Of a stretch of DNA of 62,845 bases, positions 52,976-62,845 are shown piece by piece (position 1 is the stretch's first letter; every line of letters begins with the position of its first letter). The notes beneath the pieces were generated by a model that searched no databases, had not been told where the DNA came from, and saw only the letters and a program-made list of their open reading frames with translations. This DNA is from Octopus bimaculoides. Taxonomy: Eukaryota. Both the position numbers and the translations under genes were made by a program. Where the stretch lies: the NCBI RefSeq assembly GCF_001194135.2, contig NC_068981.1, forward strand, positions 70,665,386-70,728,230, written 5' to 3'.

Positions 52976-53166
52976 ATCATTGAAGGCACAAGGACTGAAA
53001 TTTGGGGATGGGGAGAATAGTCGATTACATCGATCCCAGCACTCAACTGGAACTTAATTTATTGACCCCGAAAGGATGAAAGGCAAAGTCGATTTGGCGG
53101 AATTTGAACTCAGACACTAGCGGTAGACTTCGCCTGGCGTGTTAATGATTTTGCCAGATCACCGCC
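52976..53166 (-). mobile_element. Full-length main-family SINE
   Basis: ggcggtgatctggcaaaatcatt..ctgagttcaaattccgccaaatcgactttgcctttcatcctttcggggtcaataaattaagttccag. Confidence 0.85.
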
Positions 53167-53179
53167 TCAGTAATAATCA

Positions 53180-53330
53180 TAATCCTTTCTACTATAGGCA
53201 CGAGGCCTAAAATTTAGCGGGAGGGGGCTGGTCGATTGTATCGACCTCAATGCTCGACTGGTACTCATTTTATCGACTCCGACAGGATGAAAGGCATAGT
53301 CCACTTCGATGGAATTTGAACTCAGAACGT
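53180..53330 (-). mobile_element. Headless main-family SINE body just downstream of the LINE 3' end
   Basis: Starts acgttctgagttcaaattcc; separated from the LINE tail (53401) by about 70 nt of simple repeat. Confidence 0.85.
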
Positions 53331-53400
53331 TAATAATGATAACATTGATGATGATGATGATGATGATGATCCAGAGGAGGAGGAGAAGAAGAAGTATAAG

Positions 53401-54391
53401 CTTTTCTTTATTGAACACAAGGACTAAACACAAAACATAAAGGGACAATAGAAAATAAGGGATGAATGGAGCTAAGCACAAAACTTCGTATATACAATTA
53501 AGACAATGACAATTGACAACAAAATTTACACATTAATATTCCCTTAATGTAGCGAGTTCGAACCGGGACCGACCAACCTTATCACCTAGAGATCCAAGTA
53601 CACCTCAGTTAGTTACCTCTCTCCTGCTCACCTCTCCTGCTTAGATGCGTATGTTCAGAATAGGCCCATTCACACAGGCCATCGTCGCCGCAAATTACAT
53701 ATACCCGCCTTTGAACAAAACTACTGGGTGGAGTGAGCACTTCTTTCTCCACCCTCACTTTTCTTTTAAAGTGGAAGTTGAAAAAGTCAATGGGGTTTTG
53801 ATAGAAGCGGAAAATATGTTTTCTCTCCTTTCATCCTTGTCCATCTCACTAACTCTCTTGCCATAGTCCCCAAACTGAGGAAAACTGCCTGCTGATGCTG
53901 GCCAATAGAAGACGACGCGGCGATACTTTGATAACCTGATCCACAGTTGATCGATAAAGCTCCACAAATCAGCAATGCCGAGACACGGGACGAATGCATG
54001 CGGAGCGGTTTAATCTCCCTGCATACGTCTCGAACAAGTTCGTCTGACAGCATGCCTGTGCTTGCACAGATTATTTAGAAACGGCAGAGACCGTCGGTAA
54101 TAATGCCAAGCCAGAGATCTCTGGAAATTATCCATAGACTGCGGCACGAAAGTCCTCTGGACACTACCAGCTAATTCATATTTCCCGACGCCTAGAGTTT
54201 CCCCGAGGACATTGTCGCTATTGCCCGTCACTAATTCCCTAAATAACTCCAATGTGGAACTTCCACCAACCAGAAGGCAGAACCGAACCTGACCGCCGTA
54301 AGGACAACCTCCAAGTATTGAACCTCGGCCCTATCAAAAACTTATGATTAATCAAAATTCATCAGAGACCCACTCACGTCAGGTTCCTTAG

Positions 54392-54453
<62 letters not shown>

Positions 54454-54985
54454 GTAACGCGTACGTTGGAGGTTGTTGTAGATGATCTATTTGAGGCAGA
54501 GCATGACCGCGCATCACCGACTAGTTTATCGAAAACAAGTGCCAGACTCGTGGCTAACACATTGGCAAAAATACTGTAATCTGCGTTCGGCAGAGTTACG
54601 GGCCTAAATTTGTTTGATTGGTTCCCATGTTTCGGGTCCTTTCTCAACAGCACCACCACACCGCGGCTCGCAGCACTAGGATTTCTCTCATTATTCTTCC
54701 CGTGTGATGGACATCACCTTGCATGTCTAGCATATGAAAATAAAGTCCAAAGGACAAGCATCTTGTCCCAAAGACTTTTCCTTTGTTCAGCTGGTCATCG
54801 CGTCCCGTATGTCTTCGGCTGTTATCGGCATATCACAGTACTCATCATCTCTGCCGAAAGGTGCGGCAAGCCTTAAAGTAGGAGGGGAAACTTCCCTCAT
54901 CTCTGACTCAGCGCGTGCTACGCACAGTTCGGCAAAGTGTCGCTGACATTCTGCACACATTTGCTTGGATTCGAGTAGCATGCCC
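53401..54985 (-). mobile_element. Tx1/L1-clade LINE, 5'-truncated and internally deleted (RT start fused to C-terminal zinc-finger region and 3' tail)
   Basis: EMPITAEDIRDAM, VVLLRKDPKHGNQSNKFRPVTLPNADYSIFANVLA, KEPDVSGSLMNFD; LGETLG..DNFQRSLAW..RRSLP..RTC; tail tgtttagtccttgtgttcaataaagaaa. Confidence 0.88.
54395..54450. repeat. (CT)28 microsatellite inside the LINE RT coding sequence
   Basis: Read directly from the sequence; RT sequence continues on both sides. Confidence 0.95.
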
Positions 54986-55479
54986 GTCAGAGACTGAATT
55001 GTAGCTCTGTAATCATTAGAGATTAGGACCTTGCATTGAAACTAAATTATTTTATCAATGTATAAGCCTACATGGGTGCTTCATAGATTATTCACTTCGC
55101 AATTAGGAAATCATGGAATCAATCACACTGAATATAGAACAATACTTTTGTGAAGTTTTCCTAGTGTCAGCAAGTCTTAGTTGCCGAAATAATATTTTCT
55201 AGCTCCGAACAGAAGGTATTATGATTAGAACGCACTCGTGGCTATGTTATGAATCTGCTTTCACCAGGAGAGACCTCAGTCATCTCGCATTTCGATCGAT
55301 GGTCAGGAGTCAATTTGGTGTTCCTGTGTCCATGAAGCCTCCAATTGTATATTTCTGGAGCTCTTCAACGAATAAGAAACAATTAATAAAGGAAATGCTT
55401 TCTTATATCTATTATCGTTTACCTTATATTTGTTTCAGTCATTAGATTGCGACCGAATCAACTCCAGTTCTTTTTATAA

Positions 55480-55748
55480 ACCTTATTTTCTGAACTGCTC
55501 TCTTTTCCTGAACCGTTAAGTTACAGGGACATAGACACACCAACACCGATTGTCAAGTGTTGGTTGGGAAGGTGGTGTTGGTGGAGACAAACAAACACAC
55601 ACACACACACACACATACACATACGACGGGTTTCTGTCTACCAAATTCCCCCACGAACTAAGGAAATAGAAAACATTTGACCAAGGTGTTGTCCATGGGG
55701 ACTGAACCTGAAACCACGTGATTGTAAATTAAGCTTTTTAACCACACA
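55480..55748 (-). mobile_element. tRNA/CORE-type SINE with internal (GT)n; tail fragments of the same family at ~44205-44295 and ~51955-52035
   Basis: tgtgtggttaaaaagc..ggtttcaggttcagtccc..ccttggtcaaatgttttcta; tail cttgacaatcggtgttggtgtgtctatgtccctgtaacttaacggttc. Confidence 0.75.
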
Positions 55749-56338
55749 ACGAACTTATTTGTCGCTATAACACTATAAAATCAATAATAGTGTTACAGCA
55801 ATGGTCTCATTTTCTTAATGGCGTTGTATAAACATATTTTTGGCTAATGAAATTATCTGTTTGAATTTTGGGGTTTTTGATACTGGTTCAGGAAACAATG
55901 CTAAAACGTCTGAATTCAAACCATCTAAAACTTATTTCATACAATATTCATCTAGTGTTACATTATCAAATACACTATTATGTGCTTTGGTGGAAGGAAA
56001 TTTGGCTGGCATTTCTAGCAGGTTAATGGAAAGTCATTATTTTGATACAGTTGGTGCACCAAGTAGATAAAAATGGTACATTAATTCACAAATACCATTC
56101 CGTGATTAGTTTCCGATAATATATGATCTAACTTCACAAATATCATATGATCAACTTTGCTATTCTCCCTCTGGGGCGATAAAATTAAAACATATAAGCA
56201 ATGACATATACTTAAATAAGCATAAACCTCCTACATTCACTAATCTTTGGTCTCTGCTAACGTACTATATCTGCGTAAAGTAGGCGACGCGCATGACAAA
56301 ACCATATCACCAGACCAAATATAAGCGTAGAGTTATAT

Positions 56339-56374
<36 letters not shown>

Positions 56375-57020
56375 TATATATATATNNNNNNNNNNNNNNN
56401 NNNNNNNNNNNNNNNNNNNNNNNNNNNNNNNNNNNNNNNNNNNNNNNNNNNNNNNNNNNNNNNNNNNNNNNNNNNNNNNNNNATATATATTCTTGAAAAA
56501 CAAAAGAGAATTCAACAAAATGCTCTGTTTATTGAAAAAATATCAACCAATATTGAACTTTAAAAAGAAACAAGTAGGTATTTCTTTTTTAAAAAATACT
56601 AATTTTTCTTAAAAGTATTTCTTAAAACAAATTACTAAAACGCATTTTGTTGCACTTTTTTAAAATTAGTCACTTTTAGTTTACAATGTATCTACATACT
56701 ATGCTACACACTACTATATTCCTTAAAATTAAAGAGACTGAATTTGGTCAAGAAATTGCCAGTAGATTGATGGCATTGCTAATAGTCAATCGCTAATATC
56801 AAATCACATCGAATATAATGAAAAACGTTTGCGGAATAGTTATATAGTATACAGGTAGAATTCGTCTAAGTTTAGCCACTTAAATAGTCATTTCAGCTGT
56901 CATCATTTATTATTACTTTTCTTTGAATAATTTAGTTTTACTGTTTTTATTTATTTTAAATTATGGAAATTCTACTGTTTAATTCAAAATTAGATAAACC
57001 TTTTTTTATAATAATTCTGA

Positions 57021-57084
57021 TTATAAATGTATATTTTTGTAATTATAAATGTATGTTTTTGTAAATATAAATGTATATTTTGAA
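57021..57084. repeat. 22-bp tandem repeat, about 3 copies
   Basis: ttataaatgtatatttttgtaa / ttataaatgtatgtttttgtaa / atataaatgtatattttgaa. Confidence 0.8.
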
Positions 57085-57339
57085 ATACGGATCAGAAGAG
57101 TGAAGTGAGTTCATATAAAGACTTGCACTATTCACCTTTGAGTGGGCTGCTTCATTTTCAAACTGATTTGATCTACATATATATGCATACAAAAAATAGC
57201 AATATGTACACCTATTGTTTATGCAATTAAATTATACAAGCTTATTTTATTTTAGTAATTTTAGTTTACTTTATGTAATATATACATTATGTACATTATT
57301 TAAAATTGACGAATATTTGTCCTCATCTTGATTGTTGTT

Positions 57340-57385
57340 AACACAACGTTTCGGCTGATATGTCCTCCAGCCTTCATCAGGTGCC
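57340..57385 (-). ncRNA. Minimal type I hammerhead ribozyme (left arm)
   Basis: GGCAC-CTGATGA-A-GGCTG(gaggacatat)CAGCC-GAAA-CGT-T/GTGTT; intact core. Confidence 0.85.
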
Positions 57386-57545
57386 ATGGGGAAATTTCGA
57401 ACCTGGGTACTCATTCCTAAGGTATTTTTCGATGTTTCTTATAATTATTATCATTATTATTATTATTCAGGTCACAGCCTGGAACCGAACTCGTCATTTT
57501 GGGGTAAGCAACCCGCGCTCTTAATTACTACGCACACTTGCATAT

Positions 57546-57608
57546 GGCGTAGTGGTTAAGAGCGCGAGCTACTAACCCCAAGATTCCGAGTTTGATTCCA
57601 GGAAGTTT

Positions 57609-57612
<4 letters not shown>
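57546..57612 (+). promoter_or_regulatory. tRNA-derived Pol III internal promoter (SINE head, tRNA-Ser-like; not a functional tRNA)
   Basis: A box tggcgtagtgg and B-box-like gagtttgattcc. The mirror copy on the minus strand (57467-57533) has gagttcggttcc and an anticodon-like loop ttgctta. Confidence 0.7.
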
Positions 57613-57678
<66 letters not shown>

Positions 57679-57727
57679 CATCAAAAAATACCTTAGGAAT
57701 AAGAACCCAGGTTCGAAATTTCCCCAA

Positions 57728-57773
57728 GACACCTGATGAAGGCTGGAGGGTATATCAGCCGAAACGTTGTGTT
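57728..57773 (+). ncRNA. Minimal type I hammerhead ribozyme (right arm); predicted cleavage after 57768
   Basis: GACAC-CTGATGA(57733-57739)-A-GGCTG(gagggtatat)CAGCC-GAAA(57761-57764)-CGT-T/GTGTT; palindromic ACGT forms helix III. Confidence 0.88.
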
Positions 57774-59639
57774 AACATTAAACAAGATGAAGACAAATAT
57801 CCGTCAATTGTACATAATGTAAATAATGTACATAATTTCTCGTCTCTTAAATATAGAACGGCTATGTAATATATGTTATATAAATTTAGCTAAAAATGGA
57901 CAACGCACTCATTTTGGATTAATTTAAGTCATTTTAGACTGTTTAACTTTACCTTTCTGCCCAATTAATTTATGTTGTATGTATATTATTACTGATACTT
58001 TATTACTACTTTCTGATTTTAATTATATTTTTAAACTAATTATTATTTTAATTATAATGATCTAATTTTGGTGATAACAATAATATTGCGCTGCGGCTTT
58101 CAAAATTGAAAAAATAAATTGAAATAGTTACAAAAATTTAAATAAATTAATTATAGTATAAATGAAATAAAAAATGAATATTTTTATCACTGTTAATAAT
58201 TTGAAATTAAAAATCTTTTTCCTGCTTGATAATTTCTATACATTATTGCAATTCTTAATNNNNNNNNNNNNNNNNNNNNNNNNNNNNNNNNNNNNNNNNN
58301 NNNNNNNNNNNNNNNNNNNNNNNNNNCTTAATCTTTGTTTGATCAAGTGTTTTTGTCGTTTTGTTGTAACAGTAGTTAGTTACCATCTTTTTTCTGCCTT
58401 AAAATGTTCATTAGTTTTGTATGTATTTAAAATTTAAATTATAAATGTTTTAAAATTCTTTAAAATGTGCAACAAAATGCGTTTTATTAAATTCTTCTAA
58501 GAAATACTTTTAAGAAATATTAGTGATTTTCTTTACAGAAATACCTACTTGTTTCTTTCTCTTTAAAGTTTAATATTGGTTGATATTTTTTCAATAGAGC
58601 ATTTTGTTGAATCCTTTCTTCGTTTTTCAAGAAATGTTTTTCCCATAAAATTTCTTCCTTATTTAGATTATATTTTTTTAAGCATTAAATTTCTTCTCCT
58701 CCTTTCTTTCCCGCGCCACTTTTTCTAATTTTGACAATTCGGCTCTCCAATTGCCACTTTTTGGTCGCGTCTCTTAATCGATCTATTATTATCAATATAG
58801 AATTGATGAAGGAGACAGAGTGAAGTAATTAAATAAATAAAGTTCAACAGTTTAGTAAACTGTAAAGAATACAGCATATCTTGAATATTCTATGCAATAG
58901 AATAGATATTAGCAAATATCCAAAGCTGCTCGAATAAATAGTCAAAAAGTTGGCTGTTGGGTTTCAATGCAATTAGCCTTTTGTTAAAAAGTCTAAATAG
59001 AGCCCAAACCACAAATCGATAGTAAGGACTCAAATGCAGTAAAAACAAACAGATTCAAATCCACAAAAAGTGAAAAGACTCAAGACAAATTGTTCAAAGA
59101 AAGTGTTATTCAAATGAGCAGAGCTGGTCTATTAATATTTCTGACCAGTGAGTCCTAGCCTTTTTTATGAGCGAAAATAAATAATTTGCCGTAGCAAAAG
59201 GAATCAGTCCAGGCTTTTATTTATAAGCACAGGACAGCACTCAATCGGTGCTAGCTGAACCTCTTTGAGGGACAGCAAGCCTGCCTCGGGTGAACAGACA
59301 CACAAGCCCGTGAGCTGAAGTCAGGCGCCTGTCTCAAGTCAAAAAGATTTTGTCCGTGGACAGAGCACAGACAATGTAGAGAGAGGAGTCAAAAATGCAG
59401 CAGCGTTGAAGCCACTCTGTGCACTCAAGCTTGCAGCTCATTCCAACACCTATAATTCAGCTGCCACTGAAAATATAGGTCAGAAATGATAAGCTGAAAA
59501 ATGCAGTGCACAATGCGGTGCAAATGCAAAAGACAGCTGACAAAAATAGCAAAAAATTAGAAAGTATGGAATGGAGAAAAGACCAATAAAACAATAACAA
59601 AATATATTTCATATAAAAATCAAAGATTAACAAAAAAAA

Positions 59640-60032
59640 GATCATATTTGGTATAACTGAGAGTTTGAAGGCCAAAAAAACTTGTTAAATCGTTGATGAA
59701 AGACAAATAAATAAAACAAAAAAAAGCAATAAAATAAAAAAGAAAAGTCATTTGTAATTTTTTCTTCTTTTTTGCTTTCCTGTTCTTCAAATTTGTCTTC
59801 CACTTGTTCTTCTTCACTGTCTAAAAAAACGACATCCAACTCCACATCATATGAATGCCAATCGGCAAATATGCGCACGGAAATTTTCTTTGATGCGAGT
59901 TCCAAATCCAAAATCTATTGCGGGAGTCCACAGTTTGGAGGAATCTTTAGGGGATCCTGAGAGGCTTGGGAGGTCTATAGAAGACCCGAAAATTCGCTTG
60001 AGGGGCTCCGTTACCGCCTTTGTGGATTAATC
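59640..60032 (-). mobile_element. Possible piggyBac-like left end and acidic transposase N-terminus
   Basis: Minus strand begins ttaatccacaaaggcgg; short ORF ASKKISVRIFADWHSYDVELDVVFLDSEEEQVEDKFEEQES resembles acidic PGBD N-termini. No catalytic domain seen. Confidence 0.35.
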
Positions 60033-60091
60033 CATCATTTTGTATGATAGACCTAAATAATGAATAAATATAGTAATGTAATTCAAACATA

Positions 60092-61037
60092 AAAACATTA
60101 TTACTTGGCACTTATGGAGAAATATTGAGGGATGGAGTATTAGCAAGCTTTCTTTCAAATATCGATCAGCATCGCAAATGTCTTAAATTTGCAAAAAATT
60201 AATATTAATTTTCTAATAATTATAGCAGAGAGTGCAGACCTCCCCCAAGCAGCTTATTTCCACCCATATACACGCTTGATGAAAATCGCCCAATTTCCAA
60301 AAACAACTCCGGCAAAAACCTAAACTTCTTGTCGGGGTGAAAAAAAAGTAACACAGCCACATGATGCATTGCTACCACTGCCTCCTCCTCTGTAGCTGCT
60401 TTTAGCAACCCTTGAATATGTTAGTGTCATTTAATTTCTGAACATTTGAAACAACAACGCTACCGTATGTTACTTGGAAACCATGTGTTTTCAAGGGACA
60501 TAATCAGAGAAAGACTTGGAATGACGTAAAATCGTAGTACTTCATGTAAAGTAAATATAGCAAATGAAAACTCCTTCAATAATACATATAAATTCCCGGA
60601 TCACTACCGAAATTACATCATTTGTTACTTCTGTCATTACCAACTCTTCCTGCAAGTTTCATGAAATATCGTTTACACCTTTTTGAGTTATTTTGCACAC
60701 AGAGGGACAGACAGACCAAGGGCAATGGAAATAGAACCTCTTTCGTTGGCAGAGGTAATAATTTATTATCTTTGCTAGAAAAGAGAGAGGAAAACGAACG
60801 AATGTGAAAATTGAAAAGTTGCTGACGCGTCAGTTTCAGCCTTTCCAAGTTGATGTGAAACGCTCCTGTCTTGATTGGAAAAGGCTGAGTTGACTACGAT
60901 ATGTAGCGGGTCGCTACATGGCTTAAAAAATATGATTACTTGGCACTTATGGAAAAATGTTGTTGGGTGAATTATTGCAAGCATTCTTCCAAATATCGAT
61001 CATCATGGCAAATGTCTTGAATTTGCAAAAATATTTT
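60092..61037. repeat. ~105-bp direct repeat (60092-60200 and 60927-61037)
   Basis: attacttggcacttatgga.aaat.ttg..g..gcaagc.ttc...aaatatcgatca.cat.gcaaatgtctt.aatttgcaaaaa in both copies. Confidence 0.8.
60235..60760 (+). mobile_element. Helentron-associated (HINE/DINE-like) non-autonomous element
   Basis: caagtttcatgaaatatc..ttttgagttattttgcacacagagggacagacagac and terminal hairpin acctc(tttcgttggca)gaggtaata, typical of HINE ends. Confidence 0.5.
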
Positions 61038-61994
61038 AGTCTTTAAAAAATATGTATCGTTATGTTTGAATGAAATTGCTGTTCATTTGCAAAGATCTAA
61101 AAAAAATTAATGGAAGTAAAAATTTAAATTTCGATTTTCCAAAAATCACCGATTTTTCGCCATCCTATAAAAAAATTTATAAATAAAATAATTTTAAATG
61201 CAAATTATAAAAGAAAAAATATAATTTTGAAAAAAATTCATTTAGAACTATTGAAAGTAAAAATTATCTGATATGTAATCCAATATAATTTTCTTTTTAA
61301 TTTTTTAAATTTGCGCTTAAAAGATATTCCCAAAAATATTATGGTAGTGTCAGGGTTTCTGTGTTAGTTTTTATTATATTAATATTAATTATGACCTGCC
61401 GCGGGCCGGGCCGCAGTAATAACAATGAAAATCGATAAACCTCTCACGTAACACAAAAGAGCGTAATAGGTTTGAGTGGCTGAAAGAAAGTCAGAAAATG
61501 ACGACTCAAAAATGCAAATAACATTTCAATTAATGAATTAAAAATAAAATTTAAAAAATACAAATTATATACATATATTGAATCCTTGTAATACAAGGAA
61601 CATGTAAATATAAGTTTCGTTCCAATGTAATGGACTATTACATGAGTTAATTAATTCATATAAATAAATAATAGGGCTCTGGCGCCCATTATGCATTCAT
61701 AGACGAGCACGTCGTTCGAGACTCTACATTTAGTTGAGAATCGCACTCACCCGTGCTCGCCTAATATATATATATATAGATGAGGAGGTGGTGAAAAGAT
61801 CCTGAATTTGAGTATTAAAAAAATGCAGGTGGATTAGCTAATTATAATTATATTGAACACATTCCCCTCTTAGGTACCCACACTCATTGCAACGATCCTT
61901 CAGGTTTTCTAAGCCCTGTAAAAGAATGTGGACGTCTGGGCCTCCAACCAGGCCTCTCACGATATTCGTAAAGCCAAAGATCTTTCAGCCCTCC

Positions 61995-62057
<63 letters not shown>

Positions 62058-62061
<4 letters not shown>

Positions 62062-62717
62062 CAAAATAAGGTGATTAGAATCAAAATAAGCAACAAAGGC
62101 ATCAAGAGGTAATGCAGTACGATCGATTTACGCAATTCCATTTAATTGAAAAATTCAACCATTACAGCAGTTTAAATTGCAGAGCAATCCTCAGCTGCAC
62201 AAAGACATAGAAGTTAATTAAATTAAAACAAATGAACACATTTGTATAATTTCGCCTAAAGTCTGCAAGAAGTTAAGGAGATACACAAAGAACATTGTTG
62301 CCTTTCTTTCCACTTAGAAGTTACGAAGTTATCAGGAAGAAAGACTTGTTACAGATTTTGGTTGACACTTTTATATGGAGTCAGCTTTAATTTAGAGACT
62401 AGTTTTATCAAATCCTTGTATATCTAAATCCAGGTCTCTTAGAAAAATTTCTTACAAGTTTTTCTTCCTGATAACTTAGTAACTTCAATGTGGAAGGATG
62501 GGCAACAATGTTCTTTTTCTATCTCCTTAACTTCTTGCAGATTTTAGGCAAAATTATACTAATGTGTCCATCGGTGTGCAGTTGAGGATTGCTCTGCATT
62601 TAAACTGATGAAATGGTTGCATTGGTCAATTAAATGGAGTTGCGTGAAACGATCGTACTGCATCACCTCTGGATATACTTGTTGGTTATTTTGATTCTAA
62701 CCACCTTATTTTGAAAT
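62058..62717. mobile_element. Foldback element with long inverted arms (62058-62349 and 62454-62717) and ~104-nt spacer
   Basis: atttcaaaataaggtg.ttagaatcaaaataa..gcagtacgatcg..gcagagcaatcctca.ctgcac..ctgcaagaagttaaggagata..aacattgttgcc..ttatcaggaagaaa is mirrored on the right. Confidence 0.88.
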
Positions 62718-62786
62718 TCTATGGATAATACCGTATTAAATTCTGGTACCTCCACTTAAGTACCATATTCATCTGAATCTATATAT

Positions 62787-62845
<59 letters not shown>

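Larger units (their letters stand above)
57284..57862. mobile_element. Palindromic non-autonomous retroelement: two head-to-head tRNA-head + (AAT)n + hammerhead units, with 12-bp TSD
   Basis: Left arm 57284-57533 is the reverse complement of the right arm from 57547; tatgtaatatat at 57272-57283 and 57863-57874. Confidence 0.9.
56490..58635. repeat. Long inverted repeat with ~180-bp AT-rich arms (56490-56667 and 58457-58635), foldback/MITE-like
   Basis: ttcttgaaaaac..ttcaacaaaatgctct..attgaaaaaatatcaaccaatatt.aactttaaa..gaaacaagtaggtatttct..aaaacgcattttgttgcac occurs reverse-complemented on the right. Confidence 0.85.

Noticed and set aside
57467-57612. Two tRNA genes
   Set aside because: The acceptor and anticodon stems do not pair properly, the Ser variable arm is missing, and both run into (AAT)n. 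They are SINE heads.
58700-59460. Solo LTR or promoter (tataaataaaag on the minus strand, GC-richer block)
   Set aside because: No TG..CA termini, TSD, PBS or second copy found, so it cannot be classified.
61968-62000. Mariner left TIR (minus strand tatgagggagggctgaaag)
   Set aside because: It resembles the 41032 end, but no adjoining transposase sequence was found; too short to support.

Overview
This is AT-rich, microsatellite-dense eukaryotic DNA with many N gaps. The SINE/LINE repertoire points to an octopus genome, but that is inferred from repeat families, not proven. I cannot support any intact host gene. The window is a mosaic of decayed mobile elements: Tx1/L1-clade LINEs, GIY-YIG Penelope-like elements (PLEs), R4/Dong and RTE fragments, Chapaev3-like, Helitron, hAT and two Tc1/mariner relics, and many tRNA-derived SINEs. 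Two structures stand out. (1) A 579-bp palindromic element (57284-57862) with a perfect 12-bp target-site duplication. It consists of two head-to-head units of tRNA-like head + (AAT)n + PLE-type minimal hammerhead ribozyme, and both catalytic cores are intact. Three other hammerhead-like repeat families also occur in the window. (2) A 4.1-kb Tx1-like LINE inserted into a tRNA-SINE with a 12-bp TSD (ggtatttYgtct). The same junction recurs elsewhere and the SINE carries the LINE's own 3' tail, which suggests a SINE-targeting LINE and a self-perpetuating landing site. All alignments and translations were done by eye; element boundaries are approximate unless a motif is quoted.
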